A program made the translations under genes and the position numbers. A DNA stretch of 64,000 nt, from the NCBI GenBank assembly GCA_030141605.1, contig JAQGDQ010000230.1, positions 248,001 to 312,000 on the forward strand, given 5' to 3'. This stretch comes from Tubiluchus corallicola (Eukaryota > Animalia > Priapulida). How positions within the stretch are numbered: the stretch's first letter is position 1; each line of letters starts with the position of its first letter. This document shows, in pieces, positions 13,501-28,000 of this stretch. Below the pieces are notes generated by a model. It was not told where the DNA came from and made no database searches. It worked only from the letters and a program-made list of their open reading frames with translations.

Positions 13501-16500
13501 CTGCACTACACTACAATCAACATTGTCAAGCGTTTGTTTAAAATTTTCTGTGGTAGCGTTTTCTTGGAGCAAAAACTATCTCAAAGTGCAAATTTCTCAA
13601 TAGGCTGTGAACTTCGTATTATTGATTTTACTTAACAACAAGATAATGGAAAACTAAAAGTGTGATGGTAGCAACACAATACCAGATCTTAGTTATATGA
13701 AAATAAAATAATGGAACAATCTAAATGTGAGATGTTACCAAATTCGTTACTTTTTATCATAGATTTACTGAAAATATTTTTTTATTATTAATGAAATGTT
13801 TTGCAAGTAGGCTGCCCATAATTGTGAAAGTGCACTTCATAATATTTGTATCTCTTTTAGTAGCACTTACTTTCAATACCAATATGTATGCAAAACTTAG
13901 TGAAGGAAAGACAAATGAATAAACAATTACATAAAATGGAAGCAAAAATAAAAATGAGGTTAAAATTGTGATTACATTCATTTTCTTCACTTATGCCACC
14001 TGGGTAAGGCTGTCTCAGATTCTCTTATTTTCTTATATAAACAACACATAAGACGCAAAAGAGATTGGTATGGCGCCATAGCCGGATCGGTTCTAATGTC
14101 GCCGTGAGCTGAATAAATACTCGAGCGGATAACATTAATGGATGGGCTCGTACCTGCCTGCCACTATGGCTACCATAGCCTTTCTTTAATTCAGGTGTGC
14201 TTTTTCCTTGTTTACACTAACTAATGCTGTGCGGAAATTCGATACTACTCCATCAAAATGCAATTGAAACTTGATGGATGCTCATATCCGCTTGTATAAA
14301 GGTTATACATACATACCTGCATATAATGCCACGAAACTAAACAATTCTGACGTCAGTTAATTCGTGCAATGCCTACGTAATAGTAATTTTTTTTAGCATA
14401 TTTTCTAATAAATAATGAACTAATTTAATTCCAAAACAGTAGTGCAGAGATACTAAATAAGAAATTGAAACATAAAATGTAATAACAATAATACTTTACT
14501 TTCTAAACTTGTTTATTAAATGTTTAGTGTCATACACACAACATTTATAATCTTGCAACATAATTATGACATATTTCTAAATTGTCAAGGAAGAGGGTGC
14601 ACAAATCTTTTATTTTTCTGAAGTAGTTGAAAGAGTGACCTGGACTTTTGTCTTGCCACACACCACAACACTGTGAAAGAGTCAAACTTTTCTAATAAAC
14701 TGAATTGAAATGAATAAAGAAAATTAAGCAGCACAAAAACTAGGCAGGTAACACACCAAATTGTCTAGTAGGATATAAAGCTGATGCCCCAGTGACACAA
14801 GCTTGTCAGGACTAATTCCACAAAATACATAGAATACAAGTGTAAATTGCAAAAACATGTTAATATAGGATTATTTATTATGTCGAAAAGCAAAAGCTGA
14901 TTGTAAAACACATATATATGTATATGTATATGGTATTTTTTCAAAACTAGGATCTGACGTTTAAAAATTATGAAATCTCTGTAGGGGAATGAATTTTCAG
15001 AAGGAAAAACTTTATTTCTTACAACATTTTCTATGATCTATCTGCCACGTCATACTTGTACCACAAAAAGACCAACAATCGTGCTTAGTATTGAAAATGG
15101 GGATTATGTGAAATTTTTACACTTCCTGTAGTTACCATTATTTCCAAAAAAGAAATTTTCTAAATAACACTAAACAACAAAATAACCCGCCAATTGTTTC
15201 CAGTTCGCCGAAATCACTGCCCCTATTGTTGCTCATTTCACTGCTTGTGTCGAGAGCAATTGCAAGGCATTCATGTTCAACCAATTGTGTATAATTTGAC
15301 AAATGCAAGTACAATAATGTCAGTGTGGCTAGTTAGATCTTGATTTCACCATCACTAATTTTCATTACATCAATTACTATTGTGTAGATAAGAAAATGTC
15401 TGTCCATCAAAATAGTTCAATTACAATACAGCCTATAACAACTAGCAAATAATGTCCATCTGTTAAAATTTTCAACACCAGACAGATGGTGCTATTTTTA
15501 TAAGACGCATTGTTTTCAAACATAAATGCTTCTAAAGGTATAGCTAATATTAAATCTGATTTAAGTCAGCACGAATTCAAATAGTTTTAAATTTCAATTG
15601 ATTTGGACATGTTTTTAAATCATGTAAGTTACAGAGAAATTTAACATAACACTGCTCGACCTAACATTAACCAAAATTAAGAATTAAGCCATACCATATC
15701 AGTCATGCTTTATTTTATAAGCTTGGAAAGTATCTTATTGTTAAAATTATTTAAAAAAAGAATTTAAATTACATGAACATAAGCTACTAGATGTCTATTT
15801 AATTGACAAATTGTTCACTTGCTAAAAATACTACATTGGCCTACTATATATATATACACATTCAGCATTTATAAGAACGATAAGTCATAGTTGCCAGGCA
15901 CTGGCTGTGCAACTAAGACTAAAGATGTGTTTTAACTGTAATTATTAAATGATGTTACTACAACAAACACCTTACAGTAAAAAAGTGGTGATCACTGATC
16001 AATCTAAGTCGTGTGCGAAACCAAGACACGCGCAAAAATTTAGCCATGTTTGGTCATAACGCACATGAGGACATGCAGATAATGTAGACCTATGAACAAT
16101 TAGCGAATTACTGATCAATACAAGCAATACTAGTAAATGGCACCCACGAATATAGAAGCAGAAAAACAAACAGGCCACTCTGTCGACAATGCAGATGAGA
16201 CAATGCAAGTGAATAATAGCAGCAAACAAAGCCCAAAGCAATATTCAATGAACCAATTTATTTACCAGGGCTTTCAATGTTGAGCTAAGAGAAGATGTTG
16301 TGACATTATTACTATTCACACACAGGCTAGTTATGACTCCTTTTAAGTATTAATCAGCCCAGCAAATAAATTCTTTTTGGACTAAATGCATACCAAATGC
16401 CATGTTAATGTAATGCAAGGAAGGTTTAAATATTACGGTCAATATTTATGCTTTGAATAATAGTAGTTGTGTGGTTAATGAAGTGAAAATTTTGTTAGAG

Positions 16501-19500
16501 ATTAAAGGCCAAAGAGGGTAATTTTATAAGATAAAGGTCAAAATATCTCAAATGCTCAATGTAAAGGCCTTGGAAAATTGTTTTGGTGCTAAATTTGACA
16601 CATTTTTTAAACTAAGTATACTCACACTTCAAGATATTACTTCAATTTATAAATGACATAAAACTGCCTTTACATTCATCCAGAAATGTAGATAATTTTT
16701 ATAGAATGACTTTCGTGCCAATTCCAGGATATTTTTGCCTTACCGTATCGTGTACAATGTACTCCAGCAGTACTAAACAGGCTGCTTGTTGCTGTTAACA
16801 ATTTTAGAGTTGGCAATAGCCAAATCATTGTTGTCAAGCCATCACTATATTTGTCATAAGCTCATAGCTATAAAATGGGTTAACTCAATTATAAAATTGT
16901 TGATTACTTTTTGACGGATTTGAGTAATACCTTGCCAAATGGACATTAGTGCAATTATGTCAACAAGTCTTACTATTTCTGTAGGTTTCGGAAAAATGAA
17001 TAGTTACAACTATAGTTAAATTATTTAACATTTTAACGGGTACATGTACTGACTGAAGAAGTGTCCAAACACACAACCAAGGCAAACCATTCATGAGTTT
17101 CAGCGCTGGTTTAAACTCACCATTTAAGTCTAAGAGTTAATCTTGAGAGATGAAGAGAAGGAGTTGTCATGTTGACACTTGAAAGTATTGAAGCTGCTGC
17201 CGCAAGTAATTTCCAAATAGACATTAGGTCTGGTAAGATTGTTCTGTTGTGGGAAGATGGACTGCAAGGCTGAGACAATATTTACAGAGCTGGTATTTCC
17301 AGCCTAATAGAGTGGAGCAATTATCACTAGTACTAAATTGAATATTTCACATTCAGATCCGTTCAGAAGCTGATGAGAGTGTCAAAATGATGGTGACGTC
17401 AGATTCAAGATTGTTCAAAGCTCATGTCTGCACTGCACTAGTGTTCCCATAAATATGTAAAATTATAAATGTATAAGCAATGTATATCCAAACATGTGTG
17501 TGAGAGACTGTAAGATAGCAATTAGGACTATTGTACAAGTTACCAGTGTAACGACGGACTTGACATTGATGATGACACAGACTACTATTGTGGCAACAAA
17601 AATGAAGCTGAAGCATAATTTGACCTGAAACATTGATTAAAACAACTAGAGAAACCTATAGCCAATAATATTTCACTAATTAGTAGTCATAATTTGATCT
17701 GAAATACTGACTAGAGCAACCTAAAACCAATAACATTTTATTAATTAGGAATATATACATGTATGAAAGCTTGTCATTTGACCCTCCAGCCTTTTAATTA
17801 GGAGAAGTGTTTACCCAAAGTGCCATGGGAGCACTATGCTGATGATGGAATATTCTAATACCAGGCAGAATGTTGTTATTGTGCACACTTTGTGTCAGAT
17901 GAAAAACCCGGCAGATGCATCTCAACTTTTTTGTTATTTTTTAATTATAGTGTCAGTCCTGTAGAATAGACTGCTACGTACAACACAAATTCTAAGTGTT
18001 AACAACTGTTTGAATAAAAATGAACAATCAAGAACTTTGAATGACAGAATATTACATTTACATGCAATCAATAACAACTGAGCTAAATAAACTATTTTAA
18101 CTGCACTTACAACAGAACTGAATGCCATTTATTGCCACACACATCTGACACACAAACCGATTATATTATCCGTAATAAGATGTCTTAGCGAACTGCATAA
18201 AACAATTTTATATATGCTCAGCATAGAATAGTTTTGTTTCATAAATTTCTTTTTATTAAAAATTTTGATAGAAATTTTACAATAATTTTACAACTCCAAA
18301 ACTTAATAAACTTGGCAATAAACAACAACTAGTAAGAAGAGCTTTTTGTCACATTCCATTTCAACAGTAAATAACTGCAAATGTATTTGAAAAGCAAAGA
18401 GACAGAAATTTTTCATACTTAATGCTTAAATCTCATATTTAGACCTAGCATGAGTTTTTATTTACTAATGAATTTAATCTTAATTAGTAATTAACCAAAA
18501 TAAGTGTTTGTTAATTAATTGGGGAAATCTATACAATTTGTTTCATCACTGGCAAAAATCCCAATGGAATCCCACTGAAGCCAAAGTGGAAGTAATTAGA
18601 GGCTGGGCAACCAGGCTCAGTCAAGTTATACAAACAGAACAACACCTTTAGCAGCAGCTCTAATTAATTTCTTTTGTTTGCTCTGGAACCGGCAATGTGT
18701 CATTAACTCAGCAATGTGGGAAGGCTTCAACGATTTTTATTTCCCCCACGGCAAAAGACAATTTATTAAAGTCATCATCTAAAAAGTCGTAAAATACACG
18801 TTTACCTTAAACGAAAGCCAGCGTTTCTACACAAGAAAATGAAATATGCAAGAGCAGTCCTTCGGTGACAGGCAAACTATCTCTAGCAACAGCAAACACT
18901 TGGAACCATTTTATGGGCACAATAATTTCTTTGGAATTCTCCATCACACAAACAATAATAAAAGTTGAAAAGACTACACCATGTATATAAACTAAGCACA
19001 AAAAGTAAGGTATTTTGTACGCCTACTTTGTACATGCAACCACATTTGCTAACTATGCATCACACAAAAAATGTTAACATTGAGTAACAAGAAGATGGAA
19101 ACAACCTTGAAAAAGACGGGTGAAGATTTACATGCTTCCATTTTGTTAGTTTAAAAACTTTGAAACTTCATCTTGGCAAAACATTAACGACAACTACCTC
19201 CAGTTAGCATGACAGCACTTAACACTGAATAATTTTCACATCTGCACTTGCAAGGTTTATAAAGCGGAGACTGAATTGACATTCTTACTCGACAAGAGTA
19301 TTTCTATACTAGAAAATATTTATCCTCTTCTCCACAATATTTGGTTATAGCGTCAATGCGAAACAACGACCATCAAGTCTGCATATAGACAGAAACTCTT
19401 CACCAAGTTGACAAAATATATATTCTGCTCAAATAAGGCTGGAGATCGCTTAAATATTTGCGAGTTTGTTACGTACATAAGCTGACAAAACCATATCTAA

Positions 19501-21293
19501 TTCAAATATTATGCTATAATCGCCTAAACGAAAGCTTTAACAAACTTCATAAATTGTTCAAATTTGTTAGGTAAAGATGACCCAAGATTAAGCAACGAGA
19601 ATGAGAAGTGATAGATGCATGATTGCTAATTTAAGCTGTCAAGCTCTCAAAATTTATTTAACACATCTTCTTCTCTCAGGTATTAACTCGGGAAAGACAA
19701 CAATTTGGGATAGATTTAAATCCACCTTTCTTGAAACAAGTAACTCAATAACTTCCAAGAAAAAAACTAGCAAAACACTTTTTCCATTAATACATTACTT
19801 TTGCCCATTTTAAATACTCAAGCATTATTGTTTAACCATAAACTTAAGCAACTATATGTACATTATTATATTTCATACTACTATTCGCTTATATTATAAT
19901 TACACAATAATATTATATTATAAGTTTTTGGCACACGTTTCATCTTGGTAAATTAAAACTTTCATAATTCAAGTATTTACCCATACTATCTGCATTTTTA
20001 AATCGAAAATAATTATAAATATTGCCCGATTTTATTTTGTAATATTCTCAGGACTACATGAAACACAATTTTAAACTTTCTAAACACAAATTTTATACTA
20101 ACAATAGCTGTAATAATTCATCTGTCAAGTATAATTATGACAGTCATATAGGATAAGAAAATATAGTATTTTATAGCAAGATGAAAGAGGTACAATTTGA
20201 TTTTTACACTACATACATGTAGTAAAGTTTTGGTTGGAAATATAAGACTGTGATTTGGAGGGAAGTTTTATGAAACCATTTCTATGTAATAACTTGTAAT
20301 CTACTTGGTCTCACAGCAACCAGCTAGTCATAATCACCTGTTTACAGTTCAACCCTGGTCAATAGATAAGCTCTCTAATATTTGCAATATATCACTAACT
20401 TTATCGCTCAACCCGGATGCGTATCAGGAGATGGATGTGAGTTATCAAGGTGCAATGTTTGGTTACCTTGCGTTCAGCGTGGTAGTTTGGACCTTAAGTG
20501 CATTTGACAAGTTCCCACCAGACGATCCCATGACTGAAAATAATTTATACTGCGACGTTTTCTGACACAGCTAAACAGTTAATACAATGTATTCAAAATG
20601 CCCATTATTTGAAAGTGTTAGAATTAACTACAGATATGTAATGTTTATTACAATAAAAATGACGATTATGATGATGATCATGATGATAAATAATATCATA
20701 ACATTGTAGTATTAATATTAATAACAAGTAAAGTGTTCAACATTTAACTAACAGTACAATTCAAATATTTTAAAATACGATTTTTGTGATCAACAATATT
20801 CATATCAATTATTTATCTTCAGATTTCTCTCCTACAAATAATATAGTTTTGTTAACTAATTGCTCAGACTGCCATATAAATATTTGAAATTAAACACTGA
20901 AGTGCCTCGTTTCCTGCGTGTTTTCACCCAGAGATTTAATCTATCTGCACAGATATGTGTTTCTTTAGCAAATATACACAGCAAATAGGGATAAGCATCA
21001 CAAATAAATGCCAAAACAACACGTAGAAGTTTTAGATTTCTTTTCAGCTATGAGCAAGCTGGGTAAATTTGTCTGAAATAAACATATCGTGGCAGCACAA
21101 AGATATTTGCTGTGCAGGGATATTTTACACAAAACGTTGGCTTGATCTTAAGGCTATTACAGCGTATTAAAGCATTGAAAACAAAATAAACATTTGTAAA
21201 CAAATAACAACACCAATAAAAAACCTTACTCTATGTAGATAGATAGTTGCCTTTTTGTCATGAAAATAGAGGAGTTGCAAGAAAGTGTTACTG

Positions 21294-21341
<48 letters not shown>

Positions 21342-21919
21342 GATAATGTATTATTTCTGATGATATATTCTCAAACTTGTAATAAAGTGCTTAATCATGC
21401 TTAAAATGAAAGGCAATAATTCTTAAAAATATTTTAATTTGTGATTCATATATTAACCAAATTCAATCAGCCAATGGAACCATTCTTAAAAGAAATGTAA
21501 ATCGTTCGAGATCAAGGTATTGTAATCTTCATTTTTGATGATCACGCGTCATAGAACTGCAAACCGTAATACCAATGGTGACCTCTGACATTTAAGTCAC
21601 ACCCAAACCACAGCAAACCTTGTGAAAATAAGCCAGAGAATAATGAATCTTGGCCCTTCAAAAGAAACTTTTGCCAAAAATTGCTTATAATAATTTTATG
21701 CCTTTCACAATCCAAGTCTAAGCTGGATTGATGAGGAAAAAGAAATTTACACTAACATGTCAATTTAATCTTTTCTTAATCCTCATACTCCTGTTAATCA
21801 CATTTGAATAAAAATCACCCCGGATTAAATTTAGTTGTAAACATTTGAATTTCTATCCTACCAATCCAAAGACTACCAATTGCTTTCGTGGTAGGAGCAG
21901 TCTGGAGAATATCACTGTC

Positions 21920-21957
<38 letters not shown>

Positions 21958-21985
21958 TAATGTATATAATATAATTAACATATGT

Positions 21986-22016
<31 letters not shown>

Positions 22017-25000
22017 TTGTGTGTGTGTAATTCGGAATAAATATTCATATTCATTTTATTTTATATTCAGTTCAGAATATATTCAGCACATACATAATGA
22101 ATCTCATTCAGAAACTCATGCTCCACATTTTTGAGCCATTTTGTTTTTTTTAAACAATAAACTGTTCAATTACATAATATAAATGCTAGCACGTGACTGG
22201 CTAAAAACATTCATCATAACAGTATATAATTTACACTTTTATAAATAAATTAATATACAGTTTTTTGTAGTGCACAAGTTACTGCTAGACCCAGTAATAT
22301 TTAAAAGTTTGAAAGTAAGAAATATAGCTTTTAGCACTTATCATCGCATATAAATTTTGATCAATTTGCATTCAATACAATGGTCACACATTTACTTATA
22401 AACAAAGTCTACTTGAAAATGTAATATTCTGGAACATATCTTCAAACTTCGTGACATTGTTGCACTACATTTAATTCAATTAACTAATATGTTTACTTAA
22501 AATAGTTGGTTATTGTCGAATTTGTATTAGAAATGTTTGATTTGTGATGCAACACTAATATTGCAAATATTCAAATATTATAATGTTTGCAAAATTGTTT
22601 TAGCGTGATTATACTGTTTGACAATCATGATATAATCCCAACATAGTTATTCCAACCTATGGAGTTGTAAAGTTATAATACAGCAAGTCAACACTTCACA
22701 TTTAAGCCGACTCGTGCGCGCCACTGTACATAATACAGTTTGCATTACATATCGGATGAAATTTATTTGTAAATATTTAATTGTAAATATGATCAACTTG
22801 ATCAAACTTTCTACAATTTTCTGATGATTGGCACCAGTGTGTGTGTGTGTGTGTGTGTGTGTGTTCTTACATTAAACAAACGTGTCAAAACACCATATAT
22901 ATATTGTACAGCAGTTAGAAATGACGTATTATTTTCTAAATACAGGAGTAAAAATAACAATGTATTAATACTGCACAAAATCATGGAATTTACATTAAAA
23001 AATTTATTTCACTAAAGTTTATAGCTTGGAAAACAAAAGAGAAAAATGCAGAAAAATATCAGTACAATGTTTAAATGGTAGCACCAATATAACATTTTCT
23101 AGTAAGATAGATAATTATTAAATGTTAATAATAACTGATCGACTGATAATAATCAATTGTCAGTTTTCAAGAAAAAAGGTAGATACTAATTTCTATAACA
23201 CACTTGCTAGATTAATGGTCAGTTTGCAAAGTGACACAGCATTTCTTCATAAACGTATTACACGTGCTATATGTATAAAGCCATAGCAAAGTATATGATA
23301 TGGAACGAAATACCTATTTCATATCTTAAATACAAATACATGACATAATATCATTTTGCATGAAAAATATATTTTATGTAAAGAAATTACAATGAAACTA
23401 CTAGCTTTCTGCTTTTTAATTGCCATATCAAAATAAACAATTATGAACAATTTATTCACTTATTTCTTAATTTATCTCACCTTTTTGCATATTATTTATT
23501 ATTTATACCATTTATTCGTACTCTTATATGATATAACAAATACACACAAAAAACAACAGATTATAAGAATTATGATACAAATTAGTTCAAGTTGTACATA
23601 GTAAAGGAAAAAAGGTTGTTAATTTGTTAAAGCAGAGTAAAAATAATAATAAAAAAAACCATAACAAAACCAACCATTCAGAAATAACAAATAAATAAAT
23701 AGTATTGATAATAATGATAAAAAAATTATGTGGAATTTACTGAAACCTAAATAGACACTTTGTACAGAAATGAGCAATAGAAAATAAGCTTATACTAAGC
23801 TAGTAAAATAATCATAAAAAAACATTTTTAAACAATTCAGTTTAAGTTTTCTAAATGTACGTGATCCACTTTTAACATAGCTCATTGCTCTCTGTAAATA
23901 TTTAATATTATTTTACAATGTTATGCAGACTTTAGAAATTAATCCTTATGTTAAAAAGTATTTATTTAATTTTATCAAAATAAACAGAAATTTATTTATG
24001 CTCAGTAAATGCTTTAAGTTAACAGTGAGAATGCTGCTTTGCAATGAAATATTTACTATCATAGCAACCCGTTAGTTTGAAGTTATCGGCCGTCGGCCAG
24101 AGTGTTTGCATTTGTTCGCGCATTAGACAGCGTACACACCTCGCACAGGTGTAGCATTCTCTCCGCTTGTTAACTAACAAATATGCCAAAAGTCTTAAAC
24201 TGGCAAATTACAATAGGTAAAATACTTAAATTTTGTCCCAAGTTCACATTGTATAAATTGGTACAGATTGTATGTATACATGTATGCCTAGCTGCTAGAA
24301 CACCAAAGTACTAGTTGATATTTGTTAAACTATCAGGTGCACAATACTATGGTATTTGATAAAGCTAATTGACACAAGAATAAAGTCTGGAAAATTACCA
24401 AACTTGTTTGAAAAATTTATGTTGCACATGTTATAATATTAATAATAAAAAAATCTTCTGTTTTAATTTTGGATTTTAAATTTAAATATTAATTTTTTGC
24501 TTGTAAATATTTTTAACAAGAAAGACAAGATAATAAAGTTAGATGCCTTGAACTTCAGTACTCTTACAGCTATATTTAGTTTATATGCAGAACATAAGTT
24601 TTTGTCTTATATTTAATACTAGTTACTCCAAACTACTGATTACAGGAGGATAAGTATTTTTATTGAATTAACTAACAAAAGAGTTTCTAGAATTTGCAAG
24701 TGTTTACAATTTATACAAACATTTAATTATGTTTAATATGCATTTTGATACAGGTATACAAAATTTGACACACCAAATGATAAAATTTATTTCACCAATA
24801 ATTTATTTTCTACAAGGATTTCCATAATCCATTATGCATAATATGAATAATCATATATATCATGTTTCATGTTTGTAAACTGTAATATTATTGTATGTCC
24901 AATTCTTTTACATTTTTGCATTTCGAACCTGTATGCGAATCAGAAATAATAGTATCCTACACCATATTCATTATCACTTGTCTGAAGACTCTAAATCACA

Positions 25001-28000
25001 GTCGTTATAGTTTGCGACATAATAAAGCAAAAATTTAGACAAAGGTTTAGCATTATACATTCTATTTTTGTGTTGTTAACAAGCAAATGTATTTCTAGTT
25101 TGTTGCATTCGACATAGTTATAATGAAGGATTTATATTATAAAAGTCACATTTGATTTAGCACAGGTGAAATACAGCAAGTGTGTGTAGTTGTGTGCACA
25201 TGCTTCCCTAAGAAATAAAAAAGCACAAGAAAAAGAAATTATACAAATGTTACCTCATTTTATAAAATAATATTGCACATGTTTGCCAGTCAGCATGAAT
25301 GCCTTTAGCACGGTTTTTTGTTGCTTTGTAAGATGGAAAAAATCAACTGATACTATATAGATATAATAAGAATTTGGATAGATGATATATACCTACAAAA
25401 GTTATACTAAAATTGTTACAGGTAGACGGTGACCCAGCAACAACTAATATTAAGGTTTCCTCTATGTTATTAGCGTAGATAAAGCTGTTTCCAGGTATAC
25501 ACACAGAATAAAGCAAACACAGGTGCACTGAAGACACACGAGCCAATAATCGAGGGCAGACACAGTAATCTTGACAAGAAGAGATTGATCGAAAAATGGC
25601 CGACAACGACTAAGCTACAAGCAAACGACTTTTAGCAATACATCTTTATACAAAAATTATGTTATTATTATTGTACTCTATAAATTGTAAGACATCGCAC
25701 CGTATGAAAAAACAAATCAAGACAAGGAAAGCAACGACAAGAAATGTAAGGAGATTCACAACACAGCCAAAAACAATGTTATTAAATCAGCACGAGAAGA
25801 TGCATACAGGTAGATCTTATGTAGTTTAATGATGACACTGGTCCATAATTAATAATTTTAAAACTAAAATGGCTGTCTATTGTTAATGGTATCATGGTTT
25901 TTAATTTCATGACAGTCATTCATTAATTACAATGATATAGTAAACCTGTTTAATAACTTGACAACAAACATTGACCAATGTAATCTTGTTTATGCAAGAT
26001 AAAAGTCTGTATAGGGATATGCCAAGTACACACAGGGGGCCAAAGTTTGGACAGCAAATTACACAAATTTTGCAAAAACTCACAGTCTTACCAGAATAAT
26101 AAAGTAGGTAGTGGTTTTGATGGGAGGCAAATCAAATGGAATACTAACATCTACAGTAGTGATGGCAACATTTTAAAAAAAATGATCTCACTCTTTCAAA
26201 GCTTGTGTCTATTCCCTGACAGAGATACATAATTTTTTTGAAACTACTGTATCCATTAAAGACATACTTTTTTCGAAATTACTGTATCGATTAAATATGT
26301 TTTAGTATTTTGAATGTACAAGCACCAAAGCTTTAATATTGAAAAAATTGCCACATACTCCGACAGCTACACAAACAAATGCCAAGAAATGTGGATGATT
26401 GTTTTTATTATTAATAGCTCGCCAATGTCCAGAAAAAAATTATCAAAGCAATAATTATTAATTAGCATCAAATGAATAGAGATTACAACCATAATATATT
26501 CCACCCATTCAAACCTATACTATGCTATACTGTGCTATGCTGAGCCATACACGAGTGCAAAAAGTGCAAGATTACCTCTGCTGTATTACATTTTCATTAA
26601 TATTTCTAAATCTCTAAGCATGAAAATGAATACTGGCACTCTAGTGATACTTCTATTATAGGGAAGCATAATTCAGACTTCTCTACAGAGGTGACTAATT
26701 AATTTTCTACTACAGTCACTAAGACAATATGACGTTCTGACACTATGATAATATAAGGAACATCGGTGTCTACAAAGATGGAACCCTTAAAAAATACCAC
26801 TCACATCACTTATTTATTCAAAATGAATGCAGAAAATCTGGTACTAGCAGAAAATGTAGTACTGGCAGATTCTCCCCCACACCCTGAAAATTTTTCCAGA
26901 AATGTTCATGGTACGGAATGAAACATTAAGGGTAAAATAGATAGTGCAATAATGCACAGCCTTCCCTCACATTCACAGATTTAATGATGGGCTTATTGAG
27001 GGTAAACATGTCCATAACCAATTATCACTCGCTCACATTGTTCGTATAGAATCCTTGCAATCAGTAAAACCACTTATGCCAGTTCCAAACAGCAGGTAAC
27101 AGGATGGTCTCTCTACAAATAGAATTATGGTTCCTGAAACAAGATTGACGTTTTTAAGAGAACGGAACTGTAAGTGCACTAGCTACGATAAACTGCTCTC
27201 AAATGTTCGACATATCAATTTTAAAAAGTTTGAAAGAAATATAGCAACAATTTCAGTGGACCCCCTTGTGAACAATTTCCTTTGATTTCGGCTTTCCAAT
27301 ACCAACATCCCACCCCGCAGAAATAAAACCCATTTGTCGAGTCAACAGCAGAATTGTGCACTATATCTTGCACATCAAACATCGCTACATGGGCACTTTA
27401 CGGGAATTTATGGACGCGCAAATATTGTCGCCAGCGTAAATATCATTCACAAGTCCATTTAGCATCGGCTCCACTCTTGTTGCCAAATATTGTAAAGTAT
27501 CTCAGATAAAATTTGCGGCAGTTGAAACTCGTGTTTCCGCCACATCAAAGAAAGCGCGTGAACCATATATATCGATGAGAAGTGTTTCTTGCAACAAAGA
27601 AACAGATGAAAGGACAACAAGAATGTGAAATCTCTTTTTAATTACAGGAGAGGAAGCTAAATTTACAGATCAATTTCAATTACAGAAAGCATTCAGTACT
27701 TCTTCACCTCATAGAAACTCAATTCCGCAATTAAGAATGGCAATAAATGTTTATGTCCTGTATTCTCAGTAAAGAGAAGAATTACAAGGAAAGTTATTGT
27801 GATCATGAAAATGATAATTACTATAGTAAAAATAATTTGCAATTTTATTTCAAAAATAAACCTTTTTCTTGACATGAAACAAAATTATAAACATTAAAAT
27901 GTGTGCTTATCATTTCATTCTGAACATTCTTAGAGGAAGGGTAATCACTTGTCTCATATCTACAAATTTTTTTAACAGAAAGTTACTTCCATGCTTTTTA

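Noticed and set aside
21815-22054. Tyr/Ile-rich ORF
   Set aside because: Artefact of the (AT)n microsatellite.
26027-26060. Tc1/mariner-like terminal sequence (TACACACAGGGGGCCAAAGTTTGGACA)
   Set aside because: I found no matching inverted end or transposase.
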